DNA of 64,000 nucleotides, taken from NCBI GenBank assembly GCA_002104905.1, contig MCFE01000225.1, forward strand, positions 58,662-122,661. The letters are read 5' to 3'. This DNA comes from Basidiobolus meristosporus CBS 931.73 (lineage: Eukaryota > Fungi > Basidiobolomycota). Each line of letters starts with the position of its first letter. Within the stretch, counting starts at the first letter, position 1. The position numbers and the translations under genes are program-made. Of the stretch, positions 48,579-61,459 are shown piece after piece. The notes under the pieces are model-generated. The model was not told the DNA's origin and made no database searches. It saw nothing but the letters and a program-made list of their open reading frames with translations.

Positions 48579-49814
48579 GTTAGGATCTACCTGGAATATT
48601 TTCACCAAAATATCAAGTACCCAGTACATGAAAATTCTCGAAGTTGTCCAAACAGCCCCAAAACTTACACACATGTTCTTGGTACCTTCCTTAACCTATT
48701 CTATGTGTTTTTTATGCCAAGATCATGTAAAAGTATAAATACTACTTTTACATTCCATAATTCATTAAGTGGATATCAGATAATATACTTGTCCTCTCAT
48801 TTACTCCCAATATCTCCAAGTCACTTACAACAGTAACTTGTATAATCATCAACAAAAGTGATTGAATACTTCATCCTGCCTAAGGGTAAATTTTGCATTG
48901 GTCCACACAGATCTGAGTGAGTTTGTTCTAATTTTTTCTTAATTTTGATTAACCCAGAGCTCTTGAGCAGTTGTCTGGCTTGCTTCCCATATATGCAGGC
49001 CTTACAGTTCTCCAAATTAGCTGGGGAATCAACTTTTACTCTGCAAATTAGCTCATCTTTGATCATTTGCACAAATAATCAAATTGATTTGACCAAATCT
49101 CCTGTGCCAAAGAATTGGTGTTTCTTCATTTAAGTTACTTATATTGGCTTCCAGATATGATGGAATACAAGTCAACATATGCAGATTCAGATCTCTGATG
49201 CCCAAAGCAATATGAGCTCCATTTTGATCAGTGTTCCTGCATTCAGAATTGTTGAAGCTGAAACTGAGTCCTTCTGCAGTGGCCTTGCTAACAGATAGTA
49301 GGTTCTTGGCCAATTCAGGTACACAGAGTACCTCTTTCAAGGTCAGTGTATGGCTTCCTTCATTGCTTCTAAGGCTTACTTGAATGGTTCCTTCTCCCAC
49401 TCCATCAGTGCTCTATTGTCATCCATGAAAACCTTCTTGATTGGAATTTCTTGATATTGGGTAAAGAGTTCTTTTTTGTTTGTAAAGTGTTGAGATGCTC
49501 CAGAGTCAATGTACCACATCTGCAAATCCTTGTTTGTGGTCATATTTAGTGCAGATATGAATACTCTATCTTCTGTTGTTGCAGCATTTTTGTATTCAGG
49601 CTTTTTCTGCTGACTATCTCTCTTTTTCAAGCCCTGGTCTGATGTGTGTCCTGTCCTTTTGCAGTAGTTGCAAAACAGATTGCTATTGCCTTTAAAAGGT
49701 GTTGGGAATCTCCTTGGTTGGATATTGTTACGTATTAAAGCATTTTCTCCGTCCTTCTTGTTGGTGCTTAATTTTCTTAAATTATATATATGGAATGCTA
49801 CTGGATGAAAAATT
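48579..49814. mobile_element. 3' part of a Copia LTR (+, 48579-48832) joined to a minus-strand IN-start/PR/gag-end fragment (48833-49814)
   Basis: LTR ends ACAACA at 48832. ORFs 48821-49933 (-) include WYIDSGASQH, LWHRRFGQ and HSDLCGP. Confidence 0.85.
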
Positions 49815-52800
49815 TGTTTTAAGAGTCTTGGAGATATTGGAGGTGATTTGGAGAACAAGTAGATTATGTGGTTTTCACTTAATGATTTATTGAATGTAAA
49901 AGTAGTATTTATACTTTTACCTGGTCTTGGCATTACATAAACGTAGAATAGGTTAAGAAAGGTCCTAAGAACATGTGTGCAAAGTTTGGGGCTGTTTGGA
50001 CAACTCTAAGTATTTTCATGTTCTGGGTACCTGGTATTTTGGTCAAAATATTCAAAGTAAATCCCAACAAGGAATCTGCTGAGTATTCTCTAGGCTTTGA
50101 GGGTAATGATCTAAGTGACTAAGTTAGGTGAATATTTAGGTGGAATTACAAATTTTTACAACACTCCCACTGAGCTAAATGTTCATACTGACTAGTCCTA
50201 ATTTTGACCTAAGATATTTAAACTTGTCTCTAGCTAATGGCTTGGTAAGTATGTCTGCAATCATTCCATCTGTAGGAGAGTAAACTAAGCAAACTAAGCT
50301 ATTCTCTATAGCTTCACGTATGAAATGATGTCTAATATCTATATGCTAGGTTCTAGCATGAAAAGTTGGATTTCTACCTAATTGTATACGTCCTTGATTA
50401 TCTTGAAATAAAGTAATAGGCGTTTTTTGACATAGGCCGATATCTGTAAAAGTTTTCTTAACCCCATTGCTTCTTTTGTACCTTCACAGGCTGCCATATA
50501 CTCTGCCTCTGTGGTGGAAAGTGCCATGGTTTGTTGCTTTCTTGAGTTTCATGTAATTGCTCCTTTACAGTAAAGAAAGGTGTATCCTGTAGTGGATCTT
50601 CTGTCTTCAGAATTTTCTCCCCAATCAGCATCAGAGTATCCCACAAGATCCTGTTCTGAATCCTTATAAGTGTATCTTAAGCAGATATCAACAGTTCCTC
50701 TTAGGTATCTGAAAATCCACTTAACTGCTGCAGTATGATCAGATCCATAGTTCTGATTATGTTTGCTGACAACTCCAACTGAATATGAGATATCTGGACA
50801 TGTTCCAAGCATGATATACATCAGACTGCCAACCATAGATTGATACAGAAGTTCAGGGCTTTCAGATGGCCTCAAACTCTCTTGATTTGGTTGAGTTTTG
50901 ACCAAGTTACGGTTTGTCTCCATTGGGGTAGCTGCTGGTTTATAGTCTTCCATTTGGTACTTCTTGAGTATATCTTGAATATACTTGGATTGGCTTAGGG
51001 TGATAGTCTGGGTATTTCCATCTATGGAGAACTTAATCCCTAAGTAGTAGCTAAGCTCTCCTAGATTAGACATCTTGAACTCCTTAGATAGGCTGGATTT
51101 AGTCTCTTCCAAAGTTTCTAGGTTATTGGCGGCTATTAAGATTGTCCACATATAGAGCTAATAGAACTGGATTTGCTCTATCTGGCTTATAGTATATACT
51201 ATAGTCAGCATTACTTCTTTTGAAACTCAAAGATTACAAATAAGAATCTATCTTGCAATTCCAGGCTCTTGTTGATTATTTGAGACCATATAGTGACTTT
51301 TTAAGCTTGCAGACCAAATGGGGGCTATCTTGGCCAACAAACCCATCAGGCTGGTCCATATACATGCCCTCATCAAGTTTTTCATTCAAAAATGCAGTTC
51401 TTACATCCATTTGATGAGTAAAAAACTTATATTTGGCTGCAATAGCCAATATTAATCCAATGGAATTATACTGAGAGTACTTCTTTCAAGGACAGTGTAT
51501 GGCTTCCTTCACTGCTTCTAAGGTTTACTTGGATAGTTCCTTCTCCCACTGCATCAAGTGTTCTATTGTCACCTATGAAAACCTTCTTAATTGGAATTTT
51601 ATGATATTGGGTAAAAAGTTCTTTTAGGTGTGTAAAGTTTTGAGATGCTCCAGAGTCAATATACCATGTCTGAGGATCCTTGTTTGTGGTCATATTTAGT
51701 GCAGATATGAATAGTCTATCTTCAGTTGTTGCAGCAATTCCATATTCAGGCTTCTTTTGCTGATTATCTCTGTTTTTAAGACACTGGTCTAATGTGTGTA
51801 CTTTCCTTTTGCAGTAGCTACAAAACAGGTTGCTGTTGCCTTTGTAGGGTCATGGGTACCTCCTTTGTTGGCTATCATTGCCTATTAAAGCATTTTCTTC
51901 TTCCTTCTTATTGGCACTTGATTTTCTGAGTTCTTCATCCAGGAGCCTTCCATATATGTAATTTACGGTCAAGTGTTAAGTTCTGGACTCTAGGGCTGAT
52001 ACAGGGCCCTGGAACTTGTCTGTCAGGCTATTCAGGATGGTAACTATCACATCCTTATCAGTAGTTGGTATGCCCACAGATTCTATCTCATCTACCAGCA
52101 GGGTAGTTCTGTTAATTAGATTTTTCATTTCTTCTCCTGGCAGCATCTATTAGTAAAGAATTTTTGCCGCAGATACATTTTATTAGCAACTGAACATGAC
52201 TGGTAGGTGTCTTCTAATGCCTTCCAGGCATTCATTGCCATTTTTGCTCTTGAGCATTGAATTGGCAATTTGTCTTTAACATTAAGGCAAATGCAGTTAA
52301 AGGCACATTGTTCTTTCTTCTGGTACTTCAAGGCTTCCTCTCCCACATTTTTAGGAGGGCATTCTTCTCCCATGACAATATCCCAAAGTCCTCTTTCTTA
52401 TAGCAGCATCTTCATCATCACCTTCCACACTTGGTAGTTTGATCCATCCAACTTTTCAGCAGTGGGAAAAATTCCAGTAATAGCAGTAGTAGACATTGAA
52501 GAGAGTGACCCCTTGGGGCTCAGAACCTGTTGTAAGAGTCTTGGAGATATTGGAAGTGATTGGGAGGACAAGTAGATTATGTGGTTTTCACTCAATGACT
52601 ATTGAATGTAAAAGTAGTGTGTATACTTTTACCTGGTCTTGACAATACAAACATGCAGAATAGGCTAAGAAAGGTCCCAAAAACATGTGTGCAAAGTTTG
52701 GGGCTGTTTGGACAACTTTGAGAATTTTCATGTTCTGGTAACCTGGTATTTTGGTGAAAATATTCAAAATAATTCCTAACAAGGAATTTGGTCAGTATTC

Positions 52801-52875
52801 TCTAGGATTTGAGGGTAATGATCTAAGTGCCTAAGTTAGGTGAATATTTAGGTGGAATTACAAATTTGTACAACA
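49815..52875 (-). mobile_element. Two-LTR Copia deletion derivative (gag-PR joined to RT-RNase H; integrase deleted)
   Basis: 3' LTR 49815-50163 with PPT complement CTCCCACTG, 5' LTR 52528-52875 with PBS GGTTCTGAGCCC, deletion junction near 51468. Flanks GAATT and AAAAC do not match. Confidence 0.9.
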
Positions 52876-53117
52876 AAAACTGCATTTTTGAATGGAGAAC
52901 TTGATGAGGATGTGTATATCAACCAGCCTGATGGGTTTGTTGACCAAGATAACCCCCATTTGGTCTGCAAGCTTAAAAAGTTACTATATGGTCTCAAACA
53001 ATCAATGGGAGCCTGGAATTGCAAGATAGATTCTTATTTGGAATCTTTGAGTTTCAAAAGGAGTAATGCTGACTATAGTATATACTATATGCCAGATAGA
53101 GCAAATCCAGTTCTATT
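52876..53117 (+). mobile_element. 242-bp Copia RT fragment between two divergent 5' LTRs
   Basis: [28 protein letters not shown] (ORF 52852-53145). Confidence 0.85.
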
Positions 53118-55362
53118 TGTTGTAAAAACTTGTAATTCCACCTAAATATTCACCTAACTTAGTCACTTAGATAATGACCCTCAAATTCTAGCAGATACTG
53201 ACTAAATTCCTTGTCAGGATTTACTTTGACTATTCTCACCAAAATACCTGGTACCCAGAGCATGAAAATTCTTAAAGTTGTCCAAACAGCCCCGAACTTT
53301 GCACACATGCTCTTGGGACCTTCCTTAGCCTATTCTGCATGTTTGTAATGTCAAGACCAGGTAAAAGTATAAATACTACTTTTACACTCAATAAATCATT
53401 AAGTGAAAACCACATAATCTACTTGTCCTCCCAATCACTTCCAATATCTCCAAGACTCTTACAACAGGTTTAGAGCCCCAAGCTGTCACTCTCTGCAATG
53501 TCTACTACTGCTATTACTGGAATTTTTCTCTCTGCTGAAAAGTTGGATGGATCTAAATACCAAGTGTGGAAGGTGAAGATGAAGATGCTGCTACCAGAAA
53601 GAGGCCTTTGGGATATTGTCATGGGAGAAGAATGCCCTCCTAAAAATGTAGGAGAGGAAGCCTTAAAGTACCAGAAGAAAGAACAATGTGCCTTTAACAC
53701 ATTTGCCTTAATGTCAAGGACAAATTGCTAATTCAATGCTCAAGAGCAAAAATGGCAAAGAATGCCTGGAAAGCATTGGAAGACACCTACCAGTCATGTA
53801 CAGCTGGCAAGAAAATGTATATGAGACAAAAATTCTTTACTACAAAGATGCTGCCAGGAAAAGAAATGAAAAATCTAACTAACAGAATTACCCTGCTGGT
53901 AGATGAGATGGAATCTGTGAGCATACCAACTACTGATGAGGATGTGATAGTTATTATCCTGAATAGCCCAACAGACAAGTTTCTGGGCCTTGTATCAGGC
54001 CTTGAGTCCAGAACTGAAGATTTGACCTTAAATTACGTATATAGAAGGCTCCAGGATGAAGAATTAAGAAAATAAAGCGCTAATAAGAAGGAAGAAGAAA
54101 ATGCTTTAAAAAGCAATGATAAGCAACAAAGGAGGTACCCAAGACCCTACAAAGGCAACAGCAACCTGTTTTGCAACTACTGCAAAAGGAAAGGACATAC
54201 ATCAGACCGGTGTCTCAAAAGGAGAGATTATCAGCAAAAGAAGACAGAATATGGAAATGCTGCAACAACTGAAGATAGACTATTCATATCTGCACTAGAT
54301 ATGACCACAAACAAGGATCCTCAGACATGGTATATTGACTCTGGAGCATCTCAACACTTTACACACCAAAAAGAACTTTTTACCCAATATCAAAAAATTC
54401 TAATTAAGAAGGTTTTCATGGGTGACAATAGAACACTAGATGCAGTGGGAGAAGGAACTATCCAAATAAACCTTAGAAGCAGTGAAGGAAGCCATACACT
54501 GACCTTTAAAGAAGCATTCTGTGTATCAGAAATAGCCAAGAACCTACTCTTGGTAAGCAAGGCCACAGCAGAAGTACTCAGTTTCAGTTTTGACAATTCT
54601 GGATGCAGGATCACGGATCAAAATGGTTCCCATATTGCTTTGGGCATCAGAGATCAGAATCTATACAAGTTGACTTATATTCCATCATATTTGGATGCCA
54701 ATATAAGTAACTTAAATGAAGAAACACCAATGCTTTGGCACAGGAGATCTGGACACATCAATTTGATTATTTGCGTAAAATGATCAAAGATCAGCTAATT
54801 TCTGGAGTGAAAATTGATCCCCCAGCTAATTTGGAGCACTGTGAAGCCTGCATATATGGGAAACAAGCCAGACAGCTGTTCAAGAGCTTTGGGTTAATCA
54901 AAACTAAGAAAAAATTAGATCTAATTCACTCAGATCTGTGCGGACCTATTCAAAATTTATCCTTAGGCAGGATGAAGTATTTAATCACTTTTATTGATGA
55001 TTATACAAGATACACATGGGTCTACTTCATGAAGAGAAAGGAAGAAGCTCTGTCTAAGCTCAGGGAGCTTAAAGCCATGGTTGAGAGAGAAACTGGTGAA
55101 AAAATCAAGAAAATACGCTCTGACAATGGTGGAAAATATACCTCAAAACTCTTCATCCACTTCTGCAAAATTCATGGGATAAAGCAAGAGACTACTGTAC
55201 CATACTCCCCACAGCAAAATGGAGTAGCAGAACAAACTAACAGATTAATAATTGATATGGCAAGATCTATGATTCATGATCACAAATTATCCTTTAATTT
55301 TTGGGCGGAATCAGTTGCCACTGTTGTATACCTTAAAAATAGGAGTTATAACAGAATACTTT
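53118..55362 (+). mobile_element. Copia 5' LTR (53118-53466), PBS, gag, PR, integrase; truncated by inversion
   Basis: PBS GGTTTAGAGCCC; ORFs 53498, 53725, 54301, 54735 (HSDLCGP, FIDDYTRY, RSDNGGKY, PQQNGVAE). Confidence 0.92.
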
Positions 55363-58137
55363 CCAATGTTTCTAGGTTATTGGTGGCTATAATAAGATCA
55401 TCTACATATAGAGCTAATAGAACTGGATTTGCTCTATCTGGCCCATAGTATATACCGTAGTCAGCATTACTTCTTTTGAAACTCAAAGATTCCAAGTATC
55501 AATCTATCTTGCAATTCCAGGCTCTTAGTGATTGTTAGAGACCATATAGTGACTTTTTAAGCTTGCAGACCAAATGAGGGTTACCTTGGCCAACAAACCC
55601 ATCAGGCTGGTCCATATACACATCCTCATCAAGTTCTCCATTCAAAAATGAAGTTTTTACATCTATTTGATGAATAAAAAACTTATATTTGGCTGCAATA
55701 GCCAATATTAATCTGATGGAATTAAACTTGGCTACCGGTGCAAAGGTCTCAGTGTAGTCAAGTCCTTTTATTTGAGAGTATCCTTTGGCTACAAGTCTTG
55801 CTTTGTATCTTTCAATTGTGCCATCAGCCTTGTATTTTGTCTTGAAGACCCATTGTTTACAGTCTGGGGTTCATCAATATGGACTGAATAGGCATAGGCT
55901 AAGTTTGTACCCTCATTGATATAGTAATTTGGGCTATTTCTTGTCCAGTTGGATCTCCAGGCATTTGATACTGGAATGATCACTTCTGGGATGTTCCTGG
56001 GCACTGATTCTGGCTGAACCATGGTTGTAGAGTCCTCTGGAGTGAAAAAATTCTCATTGTTTTGCTCTGATTCAATCCTGACAATTGGTGGACTTGAGAT
56101 TGAATTTTTGCCATCAACTGATGTCATTCTTTGTGAAAATTTTGAATTTTCATCAAACAACACATCCCTGGACTTGATCAGCTTCTTTGCTTTGGTATTG
56201 TAGAGTCTGTATGCCTTACTCTCATTGCAGTAGCCCAAAAATTTGCATTTTACACTTTTGGCTCAAATTTTGACTGATTTCCACCCAGTTTTTTGGCATA
56301 TGCTGTATGTGAGTACTCAATGTAGTACCCACTCTTCGCCCAAGAGTTCTCCCAAGAGTTCCCTCCAGAGTCCTACCCGAAGTCCTCCAGTACCCTCCCT
56401 ATGATTCCCCCACGCGTCCTCCCCTCCTATCCCTGCCCTTATCTAGTTAGAACACTTACCATAACAGGAAGGTGTTCACACCCCTATTTTATAACACATT
56501 GTCTATTGTCTAAGCCCCCCCAAGTGATATATATATCTACCCAATTGAACCAGGAAGAACAACAAGATTTGGACGAAATAAACAGAAGTCTTTATTACCT
56601 TGCTACCTTCTATCGGAAGCTATTCTGAACCAAGTGGTACTGACTTGACCTACAAGCTCTCCCACTCACCAAGTACAGTCAGTAATAACCCACACTGTAC
56701 ACCCAAATATTCTTAGATGTTCTGCACTTGGTCTGTATCCATACCATGCTTCAAATGGAGTAGAGTCATGAAGTATTCTGTTATAACTCCTATTTTTAAG
56801 GTATACAGCAGTGGCAACTGATTCTGACCAAAAATCATATGATAATTTTTGATCATGGATTATAGATCTTGCCATATCAGCTATTGATCTGTTAGCTCAT
56901 TCTGCTACTCCATTTTGCTGTGGTGAGTATGGTACAGTAGTCTCTTGCTTTATCCCATGAATTTTGCAGAAGTGGATGAAGAGTTTTGAGGTATTTCTCC
57001 ACCATAGTAAGAGTGTATTTTCTTGATTTTTTCACCAGTTTCTCTCTCAACCATGGCTTTAAACTCCCTGAACTTAGACAGAGCTTCTTCCTTTCTCTCC
57101 ATGAAGTAGATCCATGTGTATCTTGTATAATCATCAATAAAAGTGATTAAATATTTCATCCCACCTAAGGATAAATTTTGCATAGGTCCACACAGATCTG
57201 AGTGAATTAGATCTGATTTTTATTTAGTTTTGATCAGCCTAGAGCTCTTGAACAGTTGTCTGGCTTGTTTCCCATATATGCAGGCTTCACAGTGCTCCAA
57301 ATTAGCTGGGGGATCAATTTTCACTCCAGAAATTAGCTGATCTTTGATCATTTTTCGCAAATAATCAAATTGATGTGTCCAGATCTCCTGTGCCAAAGCA
57401 TTGGTGTTTCTTCATTTAAGTTACTTATATTGGCTTCCAAATATGATGGAATATAAGTCAACTTGTATAGATTCTAATCTCTGATGCCCAAAGCAATATG
57501 GGCACCATTTTGATCAGTGATCCTGCATCCAGAATTTTCAAAACTGAAACTGAGTCCTTCTGCTGTGGCCTTGCTTACAGAGAGTAGGATCTTGGCTATT
57601 TCTGGTACATAGAGTACTTCTTTAAAGGTCAGTGTATGGCTTCCTTCACTGCTTCTAAGGTTTACTTGGATAGTTCCTTCTCCTACTGCATCAAGTGTTC
57701 TATTGTCACCCATGAAAACCTTCTTAATTAGAATTTTTTGATATTGGGTAAAAAGTTCTTTTTGGTGTGTAAAGTGCTGAGAAGCTCCAGACTCAATATA
57801 TCACGTCTGAGAATCCTTGTCTGTGGTCATATTTAGTGCAGATATGAATAGTCTATCGTCAGTTGTTGCAGCATTTCCATATTCAGGCTTATTTTGCTAA
57901 TTATTATCTTTTTGAGACACAAGTCTGATGTGTGTCCTTTCCTTTTGAGTAGTTACAAAACAGGTTGCTGTTGCCTTTGTAGGGTCTTGGGTACCTCCTT
58001 TGTTGGTTATCATTGCTTATTAAAGCATTTTCTTCTTCCTTCTTATTGGCGCTTGATTTTCTTAATTCTTCATCTAGGAGCCTTCTATATACGTAATTTA
58101 AGGTCAAATCTTCAGTTCTGGATTCTAGGGCTGATAC
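55363..58137 (-). mobile_element. Inverted Copia internal segment (gag end, PR, IN, RT start) containing a foreign solo LTR
   Basis: ORFs 57904-58161, 57474-57713, 56950-57183, 55789-56238 on the minus strand match the plus-strand copies. Confidence 0.9.
56308..56694. mobile_element. Solo LTR of a fourth family, 387 bp, perfect 5-bp TSD CTGTA
   Basis: TGTGAGT...ACCCACA termini; CTGTA at 56303-56307 and 56695-56699 restores the host GCATATGCTGTACACCC; four 12-bp subrepeats (CCCAAGAGTTCT-like) at ~56339-56386. Confidence 0.88.
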
Positions 58138-61100
58138 TGTTGTAAAAATTTGTAATTCCATCTAAATATTCACCTAACTTAGTCACTTAGATCATTACCC
58201 TTAAATCCTAGAGAATACTGACCAAATTCCTTGTTGGGATTTACTTAGAATATTTTCACCAAAATACCAGGTACCCAGAACATAAAATTCTCAAAGTTGT
58301 CCAAACAGCCCCAAACTTTGCACACATGTATTTGAGACCTTCCTTAATCTATTCTATGTGTTTGTAATGCCAAGACCAGGTAAAAATATAAATACTACTT
58401 TTACATTCAATAAATCATTAAGTGAAAACCACATAATCTACTTGTCCTCCCAATCACCTCCAATATCTCCAAGACTCTTACAACAGGTTGTGAGCCCCAA
58501 GTTGTAACTCTCTGCAATGTCTACTACTGCTATTACTGGAATTTTTTCCTCTGCTGAGAAGTTGGATGGATCTAACTACCAAGTGTGGAAGTTGAAGATG
58601 AAGATGCTGCTACAAGAAAGAGGCCTTTGGGATATTGTCATGGGAGAAGAATGCCCTCCTAAAAATGTGGGAGAGGAAGCCTTAAAGTACCAGAAGTAAG
58701 AACAAAGTGCCCTACAAAGGAGGTACCCATGACCCTACAAAGGCAACAGCAACCTGTTTTGTAACTACTGCAAAAGGAAAGTACACACATCAGACTGGTG
58801 TCTGAGAAAGAAAGATAATCAGCAAAAGAAGACTGAATATGGAAATGCTGCAACAACTGAAGATAGACTATTCATATCTGCACTAAATATGACCACAAAC
58901 AAGGATTCTCAGACATGGTATATTGAGTCTGGAGCTTCTCATCACTTTACACACCTAAAAGAACTTTTTACCCAATATCAAGAAATTCCAATTAAGAAGG
59001 TTCTCATGGGTGACAATAGAACACTTGATGCAGTGGGAGAAGGAACTATCCAAGTAAACCTTAGAAGCAGTGAAGGAAGCCATACACTGACCTTTAAAGA
59101 AGTACTCTATGTACCAGAAATAGCCAAGATCCTACTCTCTGTAAGCAAGGCCACAGCAGAATGACTCAGTTTCAGTTTTGACAATTCTGGATGCAGGATC
59201 ACTGATCAAAATGGTGCCCATATTGCATTGGGCATCAGAGATCAGAATCTATACAAGTTGACTTATATTCCATCATATTTGGAAGCCAATATAAGTAACT
59301 TAAATGAAGAAACACCAATGCTTTGGCACAGGAGATCTGGACACATCAATTTGATTATTTGCGAAAAATGATCAAAGATCAGCTAATTTCTGGAGTGAAA
59401 ATTGATCCCCCAGCTAATTTGGAGCACTTTGAAGCCTGCATATATGGGAAACAAGCCAGACAACCGTTCAAGAGCTTTGGGTTAATCAAAACTAAGTAAA
59501 AATCAGATCTAATTCACTCAGATCTGTGTGGACCTATGCAAAATTTATCCTTAGGCAGGATGAAGTATTTAATCACTTTTATTGATGATTACACCAGATA
59601 CACATGGGCCTACTTCATGGAGAGAAAGGAAGAAGCTCTGTCTAAGCTCGGGGAGTTTAAAGCCATGGTTGAGGGAGAAACTGGTGAAAAAAGCAAGAAA
59701 ATACACACCAACAATGGTGGGGAATATACCTCAAAACTCTTCATCCACTCCTGAAAAATTCATGGGATAAAGCAAGAGACTACTGTACCATACTCCCCAC
59801 AGCAAAATGGAGTAGCAGAATGAGCTAACAGCTCAATAATTGATATGGCAAGATCTATGATCCATGATCAGAAATTATCCTATGATTTTTGGGCGGAATC
59901 AGTTGCCACTGCTGTATACCTTAAAAATAGATGTTATAACAGAATACTTCATGATTCTACTCCATTTGAAGCGTGGTATGGATACAGACCAAGTGCAGAG
60001 CATCTAAGAATATTTGGGTGTACAGCATATGCCAAAAAACTGGGCGGAAATCAGTCAAAATTTGAGCCAAAAGTGTAAAATGCAAATTTTTGGGCTACTG
60101 CAATGAGAGTAAGGCATACAGACTCTATAATACCAAAGCAAAGAAGCTTATCAAGTCCAAGGATGTGTTGTTTGATGAAAATTCAAAATTATCACCAAAA
60201 ATGACATCAGATGATGACAAAAATTTGATCCCAAGTCCACCAATTGTCAGGATTGAATCAGAGCAAAACAATGAAGCTTTTTCACTCCAGAGGACTCTAC
60301 AACCGTGGTTCAGCCAGAATCAGTGCCCAAGAATATCCCAGAAGTGATCATTCCAGTATTAAATGCCCGGAGATCCAATTGGACAAGAAATAGCCCAAAT
60401 TACTATATTAATGAGGGTACAAACTTAGCCTATGCCTATTCAGTCCATATTGATGAGCCCCATACTGTAAAAGAGGCCCTAAATAGCCCTCAGACAAAGT
60501 TTTGGAGATCTGCAATGACTGAGGAATATCAGGCCCTGATGGAAAATCAAACTTTGGACTTAGTCAAATTACCAATCAACCAAAAATCAATTGGATGCAG
60601 ATGGGTCTTCAAGACAAAATACAAGGCTGATGGCATAATTGAAAGATACAAAGCAAGACTTGTAGCCAAAGGATACTCTCAAATAAAAGGACTTGACTAC
60701 ACTGAGACCTTTGCACCGGTAGCCAAGTTTAATTCCATCAGATTAATATTGGCTATTGCAGCCAAATATAAGTTTTTTATTCATCAAATAGATGTAAAAA
60801 CTGCACTTTTGAATGGAGAACTTGATGAGGATGTGTATATGGACCAGCCTGATGGGTTTGTTGACCAAGATAACACCCATTTGGTCCGCAAGCTTAAAAA
60901 GTGACTATATGGTCTCAAATAATCAACAAGAGCCGGGAATTGCAAGATAGATTCTTATTTGGAATCTTTGAGTTTCAAAAGAAGTAATGCTGACTATAGT
61001 ATATACTATAAGCCAGATAGAGCAAATCCAGTTCTATTAGCTCTATATGTGGATGATCTTATTGTAGCCACCAATAACCTAGCAACATTGGAAGAGACTA

Positions 61101-61459
61101 AATCCAGCCTATCTAAGGAGTTCAAGATGTCCAGTCTAGGAGAACTTAGTTACTACTTAGGGATTAAGTTCTCCATAGACAGAAGTACCCAGACTATTAC
61201 CCTAAGCCAATCCAAGTATATTCAAGATATACTAAAGAAGTACAAAATGGAAGACTGTAAACCGGCAGCTACCCCAATGGAGACAAACCTTAACTTGGTC
61301 ACAACTCAACCAAATCAAGAGAGCTTGGTGCCATCTGAAAGCCCTGACTTTCCTTATCAATCTATGGCTGGCAGTCTGATGTATATCATGCTTGGAACAT
61401 GTCCAGATATCTCATATTCAGTGGGAGTTGTCAGCCAACATAATCAGAACTATGGATCT
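58138..61459 (+). mobile_element. Copia copy: 5' LTR 58138-58485, PBS, internally deleted gag, PR, IN, RT; 3' end replaced by the next copy
   Basis: PBS GGTTGTGAGCCC; RT ORFs 60305-60904 ([16 protein letters not shown]) and 60959-61504 (LYVDD); gag deletion junction near 58710. Confidence 0.92.

Noticed and set aside
51455-51480. Spliced subgenomic RNA origin for the integrase-less Copia derivative
   Set aside because: The junction GAAGTACTCTC-AGTATAATTCC keeps the AG and loses bases before the candidate GT, so it does not match a GT-AG intron removal.
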